64,000 nucleotides of DNA from an uncultured Cytophagia bacterium (GCA_964498785.1 CAZCJL010000002.1:40919-104918); one strand, 5' to 3'. Shown: positions 18,104 to 28,504, numbered from the stretch's first letter. The notes: a model not told the origin generated them from the letters alone. Translations and numbers: made by a program.

Positions 18104-19165
18104 TTATGACATATTTAAAAGTTTTAGCAGAGCAGGTTCATTTTTTAGTATTTTTAATTTAATTTTCAAATAGGAAATAGAACAATCGATTCCTTGAATA
18201 TTACTGAGCCTGACCGCGTCTTTTTCTGTTGTAATTATCCATTGAGCCTTGCTATTTACAGCTCTTTTTTGGATTTGTTGCAAATCTGTTCGAGAGTAAT
18301 TATGATGGTCTGAAAATGTGTTTTCCGATGCAATATCTGCTCCCAGTTTCATTATTGTATTACGAAAGGCATCAGGATTTCCGATTCCAGAAAATATCGC
18401 GACTTTTTTGTTTTTTATTAACTCTACAGAATATTCCGAAGTACCATTCAATTCATTTAAACTGACCGCCTGATGGATGGTTTCAAATATCGGAACATTT
18501 GTATGTTTTTTTATGATATTTCTTGTTGAAGCAATTTGATCTACCTGATCGACGCGGGTTAATAGTATTATATCACTTCTTTTAAGGCCGGCAAGAGATT
18601 CCCGCAATGTACCGGCAGGTAGCAGAATATCATTTTCCAGCCCTGCAGAGCAGTCAATCAGTAAAATATCCAAATCTCTGTTTATTCTGCGGTGCTGAAA
18701 ACCATCATCTAAAATAATGATATCAGGATTGAAGGTGTCCCGAATAAACATTCCGCCTTTGAATCGATCACTTTCCACTACAACAGGAACACCCGCCAAA
18801 TTTCGAGCCAGTAATTGAGGCTCATCGCCACTCTCATCATAATCCACCATAATTTGGTGTCCGTTAGAAACAATAACGGTGCCTTTACTTTTACGACGAT
18901 AACCACGGCTTAAAATAGAAACCTGTTTCTCATTTTCAATGAATAGATTTGCCAAATACTCTACTGCCGGTGTTTTACCGGTACCACCGGTGGTAATGTT
19001 ACCCACGCTTATGCACCTGATTCCGGATATTTGTTTTATGTTGAAAATGCGCCAATCGTAAAATTTATTTCGGATATAAATGATAACGCCGTAGATAAGT
19101 GAAAACGGTAGTAATAAAATTTTTACAACGTTATTTTTTAAAATAGTCATCCGCTTGACGCTCAT
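18104..19165 (-). CDS. lpxK: Tetraacyldisaccharide 4'-kinase
   Basis: P-loop VGNITTGGTGKTP is characteristic of LpxK. The gene overlaps the upstream gene by about 35 nt. An alternative ATG at 19150 is possible. Confidence 0.85.
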   Translation of the reverse strand: MSVKRMTILKNNVVKILLLPFSLIYGVIIYIRNKFYDWRIFNIKQISGIRCISVGNITTGGTGKTPAVEYLANLFIENEKQVSILSRGYRRKSKGTVIVSNGHQIMVDYDESGDEPQLLARNLAGVPVVVESDRFKGGMFIRDTFNPDIIILDDGFQHRRINRDLDILLIDCSAGLENDILLPAGTLRESLAGLKRSDIILLTRVDQVDQIASTRNIIKKHTNVPIFETIHQAVSLNELNGTSEYSVELIKNKKVAIFSGIGNPDAFRNTIMKLGADIASENTFSDHHNYSRTDLQQIQKRAVNSKAQWIITTEKDAVRLSNIQGIDCSISYLKIKLKILKNEPALLKLLNMS

Positions 19166-19796
19166 TTTCTATCATACGTTGGGTTAATTTTTCTTTAAAT
19201 TTTTCAAATTCTTCCGGAGCCATATTTTGTGGCGCCTTTAAAGGTTTTCCATAGATTGCCACTGCTTTTGAAAATGGTGCAATCAGATTAAAACGATCCC
19301 AACTTTTAAACTCAATTTTTCGTTTGCATGAAAAAGTCAGAGGCAATAAATATGCATTTGCCTGTTGCGATAAATAAATTGCTCCTGATTTTACTTTATG
19401 GCGGGGCCCTGTGGGCCCATCAGGCATAAGTGCGCATTCATGACCATTTTTTAACGCCTGCAACATCGCTCGAAAAGCATGTTTTCCACCGCGCGTACTT
19501 GAGCCGCGTACAGTTGTATATCCCAGTCGGTGCACAGCCTGAGCGATCATTTCTCCGTCAGAATGCAGACTTACCATTGCCGTAATCCCTTCATCCCGAT
19601 GGATGTATATAGGGAGCATTATCCGGCCATGCCAGATTAAATACAATATACGCTTGTTCTTTTTTCGTAATTGGTTCAAATAACGCTGATTGATAATTTT
19701 TATTGAACATAATTTCCCTAAAAGGAGAATCAAAAGCCAGCTAAATTTACTGACTAAAATGAATGCAATTGTTCGTTTTAGCTTTTTTTTATTCAT
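19131..19796 (-). CDS. DUF374-family lysophospholipid acyltransferase-like protein
   Basis: About 220 aa with an N-terminal TM segment. This family is typically found beside waaA/lpxK. The assignment is by family resemblance only. Confidence 0.65.
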   Translation of the reverse strand: MNKKKLKRTIAFILVSKFSWLLILLLGKLCSIKIINQRYLNQLRKKNKRILYLIWHGRIMLPIYIHRDEGITAMVSLHSDGEMIAQAVHRLGYTTVRGSSTRGGKHAFRAMLQALKNGHECALMPDGPTGPRHKVKSGAIYLSQQANAYLLPLTFSCKRKIEFKSWDRFNLIAPFSKAVAIYGKPLKAPQNMAPEEFEKFKEKLTQRMIENERQADDYFKK

Positions 19797-19815
19797 GAAT
19801 CTCTAAGCTTCCTGG

Positions 19816-20943
19816 TCACATTATTTCCAATACAAGTTCAGCAGTTTTTTTTGAAGCGCCTGTTTCACCAAGTTTGCTTCGGATCTGTTTTAAGTCTGTT
19901 ATTATTTCTTGCCGTACTTCGGAATTGTAGAGAAGTGTCTCCGAAGCCGGAATTAATTCGTTGCTGTTGAAATGATTTTGAATAAATTCCGGTACAATTG
20001 TTTTTTCAGCAATCACATTAACAAGTCCAATATTTTTTATTTTCACCAGACGTTTTCCAATTTGAAATGACACCGCATCGACTTTATAAACAATAATTAA
20101 TGGCGTTTCAAAAAGAGCTGATTCTAATGTCGCAGTTCCGGACGCAACGATTAGAAGATCAGAATAATTCATGATTTCGTAGGTTTGGTCTTCGAGTATT
20201 TTTACGTTGCAATTAGCGCTTAGTATTTCTTCATAAAGCTCTCTCTTCACCGAAGACGCTCGACTTACAATGATTTGAATATCGTTATGTCTTGAAATCA
20301 ATGCATCCACGGTTTTGGCCATTTCCGGGAGCAGGCGTTTTACCTCGAGTTGTCGGCTTCCGGGTAACAGGCCAATGAGTTTCTTCTGATTGTCCAAATT
20401 ATTAATGTTCATGAAATCGGATCGATTTAATCTGGTCTCCAGCACCTCTAATAACGGATGCCCGACAAATCTGGCGTCTATCCCGGCTGCACGGAACATT
20501 TTTTCTTCAAATGGAATAATGACAGCCATTCGGTCGACTAATTTGACCATTTTTTGAATCCGGTTTGCACCCCATGCCCAAACCTGGGGCGCGATATAAT
20601 AAAATACTTTGATGCCCAATTTCTGTGCTGCGTTGGCCAGTTTTAAATTAAGCCCCGGGTAATCAATTAAAATTAATACATTTGGTTTCCTCGATTTAAG
20701 GGTTGCCACCAAATTTTTATACACTTTTTTGAAGAATCGAAATCTTTTAATCACATCGACAATACCGAGAACGCTCATCTCATTTATATGGTATAACAGG
20801 TGAGCGCCCTGTTGTTTCATCTTATCTCCGCCTACGCCAAAAATTTCAAGCGCTGGTTCTTCTTTCAAAAGCTCCCTGACGAGGCCTGATCCATGAAGAT
20901 CTCCTGACGCCTCGCCAGCGACAATCATTATATTCTTGTTCAT
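19816..20943 (-). CDS. lpxB: Lipid-A-disaccharide synthase
   Basis: N-terminal IVAGEASGDLHG motif and overall GT-B architecture typical of LpxB. Confidence 0.9.
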   Translation of the reverse strand: MNKNIMIVAGEASGDLHGSGLVRELLKEEPALEIFGVGGDKMKQQGAHLLYHINEMSVLGIVDVIKRFRFFKKVYKNLVATLKSRKPNVLILIDYPGLNLKLANAAQKLGIKVFYYIAPQVWAWGANRIQKMVKLVDRMAVIIPFEEKMFRAAGIDARFVGHPLLEVLETRLNRSDFMNINNLDNQKKLIGLLPGSRQLEVKRLLPEMAKTVDALISRHNDIQIIVSRASSVKRELYEEILSANCNVKILEDQTYEIMNYSDLLIVASGTATLESALFETPLIIVYKVDAVSFQIGKRLVKIKNIGLVNVIAEKTIVPEFIQNHFNSNELIPASETLLYNSEVRQEIITDLKQIRSKLGETGASKKTAELVLEIM

Positions 20944-20947
20944 TTTA

Positions 20948-21961
20948 TTATGTTATTCCCAACAATTGCAGTTGTTTTTTTATCTTATGGGTTATTTCAA
21001 TCGCGACCATTAATGCTTCACGGCCTTCTTCACCACTAACTGCGGGGCGAGAGTTCGTTTTAATGGATTCAATAAATGATGTTAGTTCCATTTTTAGCGC
21101 GTTTCCCTCTTCAACAGGTGGCTTTTCGTAAATTATTTTTTTGCCCTGCTGATTATCGCCAAATTCTATCGGAATGCCAAATTGGGCGCCGTCTTCAGAA
21201 TCAGCGTCTACTAATCGATAAATTTCAGAAAATTTTTGTAGAAAATCTATACTAATGTATGCATTTTTTTGAAACAATCGCATTTTACGCATTTGCTTTT
21301 GCGAAATACGGCTGGCAGTAACATTGGCAACAGCACCGTTCTTAAATTGAATGCGAGCGTTCGCGATATCAACTTCATTTGTAATGACAGCTACACCACT
21401 GGCGTCGATTTTTGCTACCGGGCTTTTTACAAGGCTCAATATAATATCGATATCATGAATCATCAAATCCAACACTACCGCAACATCAGTTCCGCGAGGA
21501 TTAAATGACGCCAGGCGATGACTCTCGATAAACATCGGATTTAAATCAATCCTGTTCAAAGCGACTATCGCCGGATTGAACCGTTCAATGTGCCCGATTT
21601 GGATAATAGAATTTTGCTCTGCCGCAATTTTGATTAAATCATCAGCCTCTTTACTTGTACTGGTGATTGGTTTTTCAATAAGACAGTGAACACCCTTTTT
21701 TAAGACTTTTGTAGCGACTTCATGATGAAGTGTGGTCGGAACGACAATACTAACGCCCTGAGCCTGCGAGATTAATTCGTCGAGATTATGAAATGCTGTC
21801 GTATTAAACTCAGCAGCGATTTCCTGACTCCGCTGTATGTCGGTATCGTAAACTCCTACCAGATCAGCTTCTGCTATTTGATTATAAAGTGATGTGTGGA
21901 GCCTTCCGAGGTGTCCCACTCCGATGACACCTATTTTTAATTTTTCCAAATTTCCCTCCAT
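20948..21961 (-). CDS. Gfo/Idh/MocA family NAD(P)-dependent oxidoreductase
   Basis: Rossmann motif KIGVIGVGHLGRLH, a conserved EKP motif and a C-terminal alpha/beta domain. It lies directly upstream of lpxB in the same operon orientation. Confidence 0.8.
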   Translation of the reverse strand: MEGNLEKLKIGVIGVGHLGRLHTSLYNQIAEADLVGVYDTDIQRSQEIAAEFNTTAFHNLDELISQAQGVSIVVPTTLHHEVATKVLKKGVHCLIEKPITSTSKEADDLIKIAAEQNSIIQIGHIERFNPAIVALNRIDLNPMFIESHRLASFNPRGTDVAVVLDLMIHDIDIILSLVKSPVAKIDASGVAVITNEVDIANARIQFKNGAVANVTASRISQKQMRKMRLFQKNAYISIDFLQKFSEIYRLVDADSEDGAQFGIPIEFGDNQQGKKIIYEKPPVEEGNALKMELTSFIESIKTNSRPAVSGEEGREALMVAIEITHKIKKQLQLLGIT

Positions 21962-22010
21962 AATTTATCAAATACGAACAAAGTTAATCAAAAAAAATAA
22001 AATAGTCAAT

Positions 22011-24167
22011 CTATTTTATATGAACAAGTCGTTTTGTGGAAACAGAGTTATTTGTACGCATTTTTAGATAGTAAACTCCGCTACTCAAATTATCAAGATG
22101 CAGATGATGAATATATGTCCCGGTTGCTTTAAAGTTGTTAAACAGTACTTTCACTTCCTTTCCGAGAGTATTATAAACAGCGGCGAAAATATGTTGTGGC
22201 TTTTTTACCTGATATACAATATTTGTGGAGGAATTGAATGGATTGGGATAATTTTGATAAAGCACATAATCTTTTGGGTTATTTGAATTCTGTTCGTCAA
22301 CATCACAGCGGGAAATGTTAATATCTGTTTTTACAACTGTCCCGCTGAGGCCGCAGGCAAAGATTTTACTATCTGTTGTTGTTAAGGAATACAGGCCTTG
22401 AGTGTGAAAATATTGTTCTGTCCAGGTTTGTCCACTGTTTTCAGAATAGAGGATGATTCCATCGGAATTCGTCGCCCAGCCGGATAGATTATCCCGAAAA
22501 AGAATAGATGTGACTCCCTCTCGCCCTATTTTTCCTGTAAATGACCAATGTTGACCCAGGTCGAACGATCTTAAAATACTTCCGTCATTGCTCATTGCGA
22601 TGCTAAAATCGGAATCAACGATCTGGCAGCAAATTAATTTGGGTATTGCTTCAGAATCATATTCAGCATTATGCCACGACGAACCGGAATCAGTAGTATA
22701 CAACAAAGTTCCGTCTCCTACAATCAGCCCTTTTTCAGAATTGAAAAAAGCAATGTCATTCAAATTTGAAGTGGCTGGTACTTCATGAGTTATTAACTGA
22801 TCGCCGCCTTTCGTACTGGAAATCAACAGGCTATTTCGTCCACAGCACCATATTGTATTTTGATCGATAACTTCGATATTGTTTAGCCAGTTGCCTTGTG
22901 TAATATCCGAATTTGACTGGTTTTTCCATGTTTCTCCGGCATCGGTAGTTTTTGCCAGGAAACCGTTCGCTCCGCACGCCCAGCCGATTTTGTCATCAGC
23001 GAAATCGAGCCCCTCTAACCTCAGGCAAAAATCGTCATCAGCAATAATGCAGGACGAACGCCAGGTTAATCCCCCGTCGTTACTGCGCATGATCGCACTG
23101 TAATATCCAATAGCAATAATTAGTGAATCTGAAATCGCTTTAATTTTGTAAAGAGGTTGTGCTGTTGTTTTCGGAACAAGGTTCCAACTATTACCAAAAT
23201 CGGCGGAATACTGAATAATTCCCATTCCGCCAAATGACCAAAATTTACGGCCTGAAATAGCAACATCCTGGGTTTCATTGGCAAATTGTCGTTGAAGCCG
23301 AGTCCAGTTGTCCCCATCATTAGTCACAAAAACAACACCTTTTGCACCGGCAGCAATCCCTCTTTTGCCGGAATCAAATTTTAGTGATTTCAAATTTTCA
23401 AATAACGTGACATCGATATCCTCGCGTTCCCAGGTAACGCCACCATCCTTTGATATGAGAAGATAGGTACTAACCTTTTTGTAGCAGGAGGCGTCTCCGA
23501 CCGCCCATGCGATTTGACTGTCCACCATCCAAACATTGTTTATATTTCTTGCTTCGATATTTGGAACCTGTTCAGATTTCTGCCAGGTATGGCCGTCTGT
23601 TGTATAGAAGATTGTTTGATCGTCACAAACCGCGATACCTTTTAAGTGGTTAACCATGTAAATACCATTTATTTGTTTTGTGTTTTCGATAGAACATGAT
23701 TGCCAGGATTCATGATCCACTGTTTTATAAATGATGCCGTCATTCCCGGCGCACCATGCATGGTCGGAATCGACTGCAGATATTGTATTGATTTGATAAA
23801 GGAGGTTTATGGATTGCATGATCCAGTTTTTCCCGCCGTCATTTGTGAACAAAACAATCGAAGGTAGTGTTCTTCCGCCGCCAACTGCCCAGCCGATATT
23901 TTCATCAACGAAATCGACATCATAGAGGTTGAAATCAATATCACTGGCATAAGCCTGAAATTCCCAGGTTTTCCATCCATCGGTTGTTTTTAAAATTATG
24001 GCATTATTGCAAACTGCCCAACCAGTCAGGCCATCTTCCAACATATCCACGGCATTAAGGGAATAAGGGATGTCGATCGTATTTGCTGTCTGCCAGCTAT
24101 GAGCATGCGCATTGATTGTCATGGTGAAAAGTAGAAGCACAAGTCCGACTTTTATTGATATGTGCAT
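22011..24167 (-). CDS. BNR/Ycf48-like repeat (sialidase-fold) protein with a T9SS C-terminal sorting domain
   Basis: Many Asp-box-like repeats (DGGKNW, DGGVTW, DGDNW, DGGLTW, DAGETW, DSGSSW, SGQTW). The C-terminus is a type-A T9SS CTD (YQNYPNPFNSSTNIVYQV....SGVYYLKM....KRLVHIK). The track start at 24215 is a TTG. The first ATG is at 24167 (MHISIKVGLVLLLF..., a signal peptide). Confidence 0.75.
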   Translation of the reverse strand: MHISIKVGLVLLLFTMTINAHAHSWQTANTIDIPYSLNAVDMLEDGLTGWAVCNNAIILKTTDGWKTWEFQAYASDIDFNLYDVDFVDENIGWAVGGGRTLPSIVLFTNDGGKNWIMQSINLLYQINTISAVDSDHAWCAGNDGIIYKTVDHESWQSCSIENTKQINGIYMVNHLKGIAVCDDQTIFYTTDGHTWQKSEQVPNIEARNINNVWMVDSQIAWAVGDASCYKKVSTYLLISKDGGVTWEREDIDVTLFENLKSLKFDSGKRGIAAGAKGVVFVTNDGDNWTRLQRQFANETQDVAISGRKFWSFGGMGIIQYSADFGNSWNLVPKTTAQPLYKIKAISDSLIIAIGYYSAIMRSNDGGLTWRSSCIIADDDFCLRLEGLDFADDKIGWACGANGFLAKTTDAGETWKNQSNSDITQGNWLNNIEVIDQNTIWCCGRNSLLISSTKGGDQLITHEVPATSNLNDIAFFNSEKGLIVGDGTLLYTTDSGSSWHNAEYDSEAIPKLICCQIVDSDFSIAMSNDGSILRSFDLGQHWSFTGKIGREGVTSILFRDNLSGWATNSDGIILYSENSGQTWTEQYFHTQGLYSLTTTDSKIFACGLSGTVVKTDINISRCDVDEQNSNNPKDYVLYQNYPNPFNSSTNIVYQVKKPQHIFAAVYNTLGKEVKVLFNNFKATGTYIHHLHLDNLSSGVYYLKMRTNNSVSTKRLVHIK

Positions 24168-24317
24168 GACATTACCTCTTTTTTTCGATAAATATTTTTT
24201 ATGAATAAATTGCAATTATTTGTGAAGTGAATCATATTTTTGTGAAAAGGCAAGAGGGATAACTGACATTCGCATAAAATTTAAATCTATTGGCTTAGCT
24301 GAATTGTGATGGATTGT

Positions 24318-24338
24318 AATTGCATTACTTATGCCGCA
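24318..24338 (-). promoter_or_regulatory. Candidate sigma-54 (-24/-12) promoter reading toward the BNR/T9SS gene
   Basis: The minus strand reads cGGCATaagtaATGCA. GG and GC have the exact 10-nt spacing of the TGGCAC-N5-TTGCA consensus, with two mismatches. The strength of this call is modest. Confidence 0.25.
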
Positions 24339-24458
24339 TCAATGAAAAGCCTTCCACTCCAGCGGATTTATCTGAAATGAAAATAGGAAATATATTATAT
24401 AAAGTCAAGGTTTAATATAATACCTGAATTTCTAAAATAGAAATTAAATATCTGTTCC

Positions 24459-24506
24459 GGAGTGAATTGCTCCTGTGCATCGCGGGCGCATCTATGCGAT
24501 TCAGTG
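24459..24506 (+). repeat. Half-copy of a REP-like palindromic repeat family (arm homologous to repeat B at 52364-52464)
   Basis: ggagtgaattgctcctgtgcatcgcgggcgcatctatgcgattcagtg aligns with both arms of the palindrome at 52364-52464. The shared blocks are ggagtg, ctcctgtgc, c(g/c)cggg, gcat(c/t)tatgc and gattcagtg/cactgaatc. Confidence 0.5.
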
Positions 24507-24745
24507 TAATACAACATTAACAGGCTGTAAAAGAACTACCCTTGCGAACGTTATAAAAAATGGAACAGGTTTTATATTGTTAAAATTTATGTAATTATCT
24601 TTAAATATCATATCTACAAAATCTTTGCAAGGGTTTTTCCTGATGTTATTTTTCTATTTTGAATTAAGCGCTATTTCGTGTGTTTCGTGGGTAATAAATC
24701 TATTTTTTCATTATTATAATTCATTATAGAAATTTAGGGTTTAAA

Positions 24746-26167
24746 TTATTTCTGATAGATATTGTACGTATTTAGCAATCGATAAATTGTCATCCGATTG
24801 ACCTTTGCATATTTAGCCACTTTTGATATATTACCATTGCACCTGGAGAGTAGCGCCTGGAGATACGCTTTTTCAAATTGACTGATCCATTTTTTTCGAG
24901 CTTCTTTGAGTGGTAAATTATTTTTTAAAGTTAGATTGTTAGCAGCCTGGTAGTCACGGATATCCTGAGGCAGGTCTTCCGGAAGTATTGTTGATTTATG
25001 CAGAGATTCTACTAAACCTCTGATTACTGTCTCGAGTTCATTAACATTGCCGGGCCAACTATATTGTTCAAGAATATTAATGGAATCATTTGAGAATTTC
25101 ATATTTTTTTGCTTTTTGTATTTATTTAAAAAGTGAAGTACCATTGGTGCAATATCATCCTTCCGCTCGTTGAGGCGCGGGATGTTAATTTTAAAAATTC
25201 TTTTATGATCAAAATTAATTCTTAAATTGTTCATAAATGTATTCTCAGAAATATTGTTGTCGATTCCGATAATGACACGGGTATCACAAGATGCAACTCG
25301 AACACTGTTGGATTTTTGATAGCGGTTTGTTAATAAAAAGTGAATGATTTTACTTTGCAAGCGCTCGTTAAATGTATTAAAATCGCATAGATAAAGAGTT
25401 CCGCGATCAGCCTTTTTAAGAAGGCCATTACTCGATTGTGTTGAAACAGGGAACGAGTTTTCTTTATAACCAAATAGTAAATTTTCTAATAAAGAATTTT
25501 GTAAGCCATTTCCATGAAAGGGAATGAAAGGATTTTTAGCTCGATCACTGTTGAAGTGTAGCGCACTGGCGATTATTTCTTTTTCTGTTCCGGGCGCGCC
25601 GAAAAGAAAAATATGGGCGTTTGTACAAGCATGTTTTTTAAGCTTTTCTAAAAGAGTTCGCATTTTGGATGAAATCGCGATGATGTTTGAGAAATCGTAG
25701 TCAGTCTTAAGTTGTGACTTTAGCCGATTGTTTTCCTGTTCCAGTGTTTCAATCCGCATTTGATGATGGTAATGTTTCGAGTGTAATAAAACGAGATTTT
25801 CAATGATTTCAAAAAGTTCTTGAAAACTGAATGGTTTGGATAAAAACAAATCCACTCCCATTTTTCGTAAATCATCCTGTGGAATAAGGTCTTTGCGTAA
25901 AGATGAAAGCATAATGACCGGTATGGATTTAACGTTACGATATAGAGGATTTGAGGCGAGTATCGACATGAATTTGTAACCGTTCATTGCAGGCATCATA
26001 TAATCCAGAATAATTAAATCAATGTTTTTTTGCAGAATAAGATTTAATCCTTCGTTACCATCCCCTGCTGTTATCAAATTATCGTGTGTCTTTTCAAAAT
26101 ATTTTTTAAAAATAAATTGTTGATCAACGTTATCATCAATTAATAAAATATTGTACTGACTTTCCAT
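24746..26167 (-). CDS. Response regulator with a degenerate sigma-54-interaction (AAA+) domain and a Fis-type HTH. It is probably ATPase-inactive.
   Basis: REC domain (NILLIDDN...ILDYMMPAMNG). The central domain is colinear with NtrC AAA+, but Walker A reads GAPGTEKE instead of GESGTGKE and there is no GAFTGA. The C-terminal HTH is NGNISKVAKYAKVNRMTIYRLL. The first ATG is at 26167. The track start at 26230 is a TTG. Confidence 0.75.
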   Translation of the reverse strand: MESQYNILLIDDNVDQQFIFKKYFEKTHDNLITAGDGNEGLNLILQKNIDLIILDYMMPAMNGYKFMSILASNPLYRNVKSIPVIMLSSLRKDLIPQDDLRKMGVDLFLSKPFSFQELFEIIENLVLLHSKHYHHQMRIETLEQENNRLKSQLKTDYDFSNIIAISSKMRTLLEKLKKHACTNAHIFLFGAPGTEKEIIASALHFNSDRAKNPFIPFHGNGLQNSLLENLLFGYKENSFPVSTQSSNGLLKKADRGTLYLCDFNTFNERLQSKIIHFLLTNRYQKSNSVRVASCDTRVIIGIDNNISENTFMNNLRINFDHKRIFKINIPRLNERKDDIAPMVLHFLNKYKKQKNMKFSNDSINILEQYSWPGNVNELETVIRGLVESLHKSTILPEDLPQDIRDYQAANNLTLKNNLPLKEARKKWISQFEKAYLQALLSRCNGNISKVAKYAKVNRMTIYRLLNTYNIYQK

Positions 26168-26479
26168 AACTATCCTCAGAGTTGCTTGATTGTTGGTGAA
26201 TAGTTTTGATACTTTCAAAATTAATGCCAAAAGCGAAAAATTTTTTTATTAATTTTGAAGTGCCTTAAACGCTTTGAGATACACTTACATTAAGTGATGT
26301 TATCGAATAATTGGTTGTGTATTATTGTCCGTTTTTGAAACAAATGTCAGGAGGTTATACGTTGTTGCTCAAACTTAATATTTCTGATTATTTTAAAATT
26401 ATGCTTTGGATTTAAATAATCAATTCTTATATTATGACAATAAAAAAAGTCTGTTTTATTAACGAAAGGATTCTGACTT

Positions 26480-28429
26480 ATGGCTGAACACAAACCATTT
26501 GTCCCTGCAAATGTTACCTTGCGTGATTTTAATGTGAAAACTGTTGTAATCGGTGTGATATTAGGTGCGGTTTTCGGAAGTGCAAACGCATATTTGGGAT
26601 TACTGGTCGGTTTAACTATTAGTACAGCGATTCCGCTGGCAGTTGTTTCTGTGGCGATTTTACGGATTCTTACTCCAATATTTGGCAAGCCAACAATTTT
26701 GGAGTGTAATATTTCTCAAACAACTGGGTCCGCAAGTTCATCTCTGGCATCCGGTATTATTTTCACAATACCAGCGCTATTTATTTGGAAACAAGACCCA
26801 ACCCTGTTACAAATGACATTGCTTGCAATCACCGGTGGTGTTACCGGCGTGCTGTTTATGATTCCGCTGCGTGGATTCCTGATAGTGAAGGAACATTACA
26901 ATTTACCATATCCGGAGGGCACAGCAAGCGCTGAAGTACTAATCGCAGCATCAGAGGGAGGATCCTCCGCTAAAAATGTGTTCGTTGGCCTGGGTATTGG
27001 CGCATTGTACAAAAGTTTAATTTCATTATTTTATTTCTGGCCGAGCAAAGTAAAAATGGTATTACCATTTATAAAGAAAGCGGAAATAGGCGTCTCCACT
27101 ACACCGGCCCTGATTGGGGTGGGTTATATTTTAGGGCTGAGAATTGGTGCGATAATGGTTGGCGGGGGATTGATTTCATGGGTTGTTATCATTCCGATTA
27201 TTGCTCATTATTTTGGCGACGCAACGATCTGGCCAGATACTTACGAGTATTTAAAGTTAAAAGGACTCGATCCGGCAATTACCACGATCGGGGGATTGTC
27301 GCCAAAAGAAATCTGGGAAGGTTATATCCGAATTATCGGCGCCGGCGCTGTTGCGGCAGCAGGAATTATTACTGTTATAAAGTCCATTCCTACCATGATC
27401 GAGTCTCTTAAAATTGGAATCAAAGAATTAAAATCAAGCGCCGCAAAATTAAACGAAGGCCGGATTCGGACTGAACAGGATTTGCAATTGAAATTTGTGA
27501 TTATGGGGATTTCAATTGTAGTGCTTTTAATTACAGTTATCCCGGGAATTATTGGGCAGCATACTTTTATGTTGATGCGATTTATAAGTGCACTGGCAAT
27601 AGCGGCCTTTTCATTTGCCTTTGTAACAGTATCTTCGCGAATTGTCGGGATGATTGGCGTGTCATCTAATCCGACTTCGGGAATGGCGATTGTTACTTTG
27701 TTGGGAACTGGTTTGGTGTTTAAATTAATCGGTTGGACAGATATCACCGGAAAAGTAACCGCGTTAACTATCGGTACAATCGTTTGCATTGCAGCGTCCA
27801 TCGCCGGAGATATTTCTCAGGATTTGAAAACCGGCTTTCTGGTTGGAGCGACCCCGCGTAAACAACAGATAAGCGAATTGATCGGAGCAATCGGTTCTGC
27901 CTTTTTCGTTTGTCTGGCAGTTTTTTATCTCGGAAAAGCCTATGGTTTTGGGACTGACGCACTTCCGGCGCCACAAGCCACGTTAATGAAAACAGTCCTT
28001 GATGGCGTTTTGGGAGGTAATTTGCACTGGGACCTTGTCGCTATCGGAGCTGCATTTGCCGTAGCAATTGTTTTATTCAAAATTCCACCATTACCATTTG
28101 CAGTGGGCATGTATTTGCCGCTTTATACCATGACCCCGGTGTTCATCGGTGGATTGTTACGATATATTGTTGAGAAAAAATTTGGAGCAGAAAAACAGGA
28201 AAAAGGAAAGGATCAGGGTATTTTGCTTGGTTCCGGTTTTATCGCAGGTGAGGGATTGATGGGAGTCGTCATTGCGATTATTGCAGTTGCGGTTTCCAGA
28301 ATACCGAAATATTTGGAAATACAATATCCCACAGAATGGCTGGGACAGCTTGTTTCAGTAGCTGCTTTCACCTTGTTGGGATGGTACTTATATAAAGTGG
28401 CAGTGAGTACGCGGAAGAACAAAAAATAA
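26480..28429 (+). CDS. OPT-family oligopeptide transporter
   Basis: 649-aa polytopic membrane protein. The N-terminal FVPANVTLRDFNVKTVVIGVILGAVFGSANAYLGLLVG region and overall pattern are typical of the bacterial OPT family. Confidence 0.8.
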   Translation: MAEHKPFVPANVTLRDFNVKTVVIGVILGAVFGSANAYLGLLVGLTISTAIPLAVVSVAILRILTPIFGKPTILECNISQTTGSASSSLASGIIFTIPALFIWKQDPTLLQMTLLAITGGVTGVLFMIPLRGFLIVKEHYNLPYPEGTASAEVLIAASEGGSSAKNVFVGLGIGALYKSLISLFYFWPSKVKMVLPFIKKAEIGVSTTPALIGVGYILGLRIGAIMVGGGLISWVVIIPIIAHYFGDATIWPDTYEYLKLKGLDPAITTIGGLSPKEIWEGYIRIIGAGAVAAAGIITVIKSIPTMIESLKIGIKELKSSAAKLNEGRIRTEQDLQLKFVIMGISIVVLLITVIPGIIGQHTFMLMRFISALAIAAFSFAFVTVSSRIVGMIGVSSNPTSGMAIVTLLGTGLVFKLIGWTDITGKVTALTIGTIVCIAASIAGDISQDLKTGFLVGATPRKQQISELIGAIGSAFFVCLAVFYLGKAYGFGTDALPAPQATLMKTVLDGVLGGNLHWDLVAIGAAFAVAIVLFKIPPLPFAVGMYLPLYTMTPVFIGGLLRYIVEKKFGAEKQEKGKDQGILLGSGFIAGEGLMGVVIAIIAVAVSRIPKYLEIQYPTEWLGQLVSVAAFTLLGWYLYKVAVSTRKNKK

Positions 28430-28504
28430 TCATTACGCGGATATAAACAATCAGACGCGTGAGTTTAAAAAATATTTCTGAATAAAATTGATAATGTAAT
28501 AAAA

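Noticed and set aside
26347-28422. Antisense and alternative-frame ORFs inside the OPT transporter gene (for example 26347-26688, 27322-27801, 27764-27976, 28213-28422)
   Set aside because: They are fully embedded in a well-supported 649-aa membrane-protein gene and have low-complexity translations.
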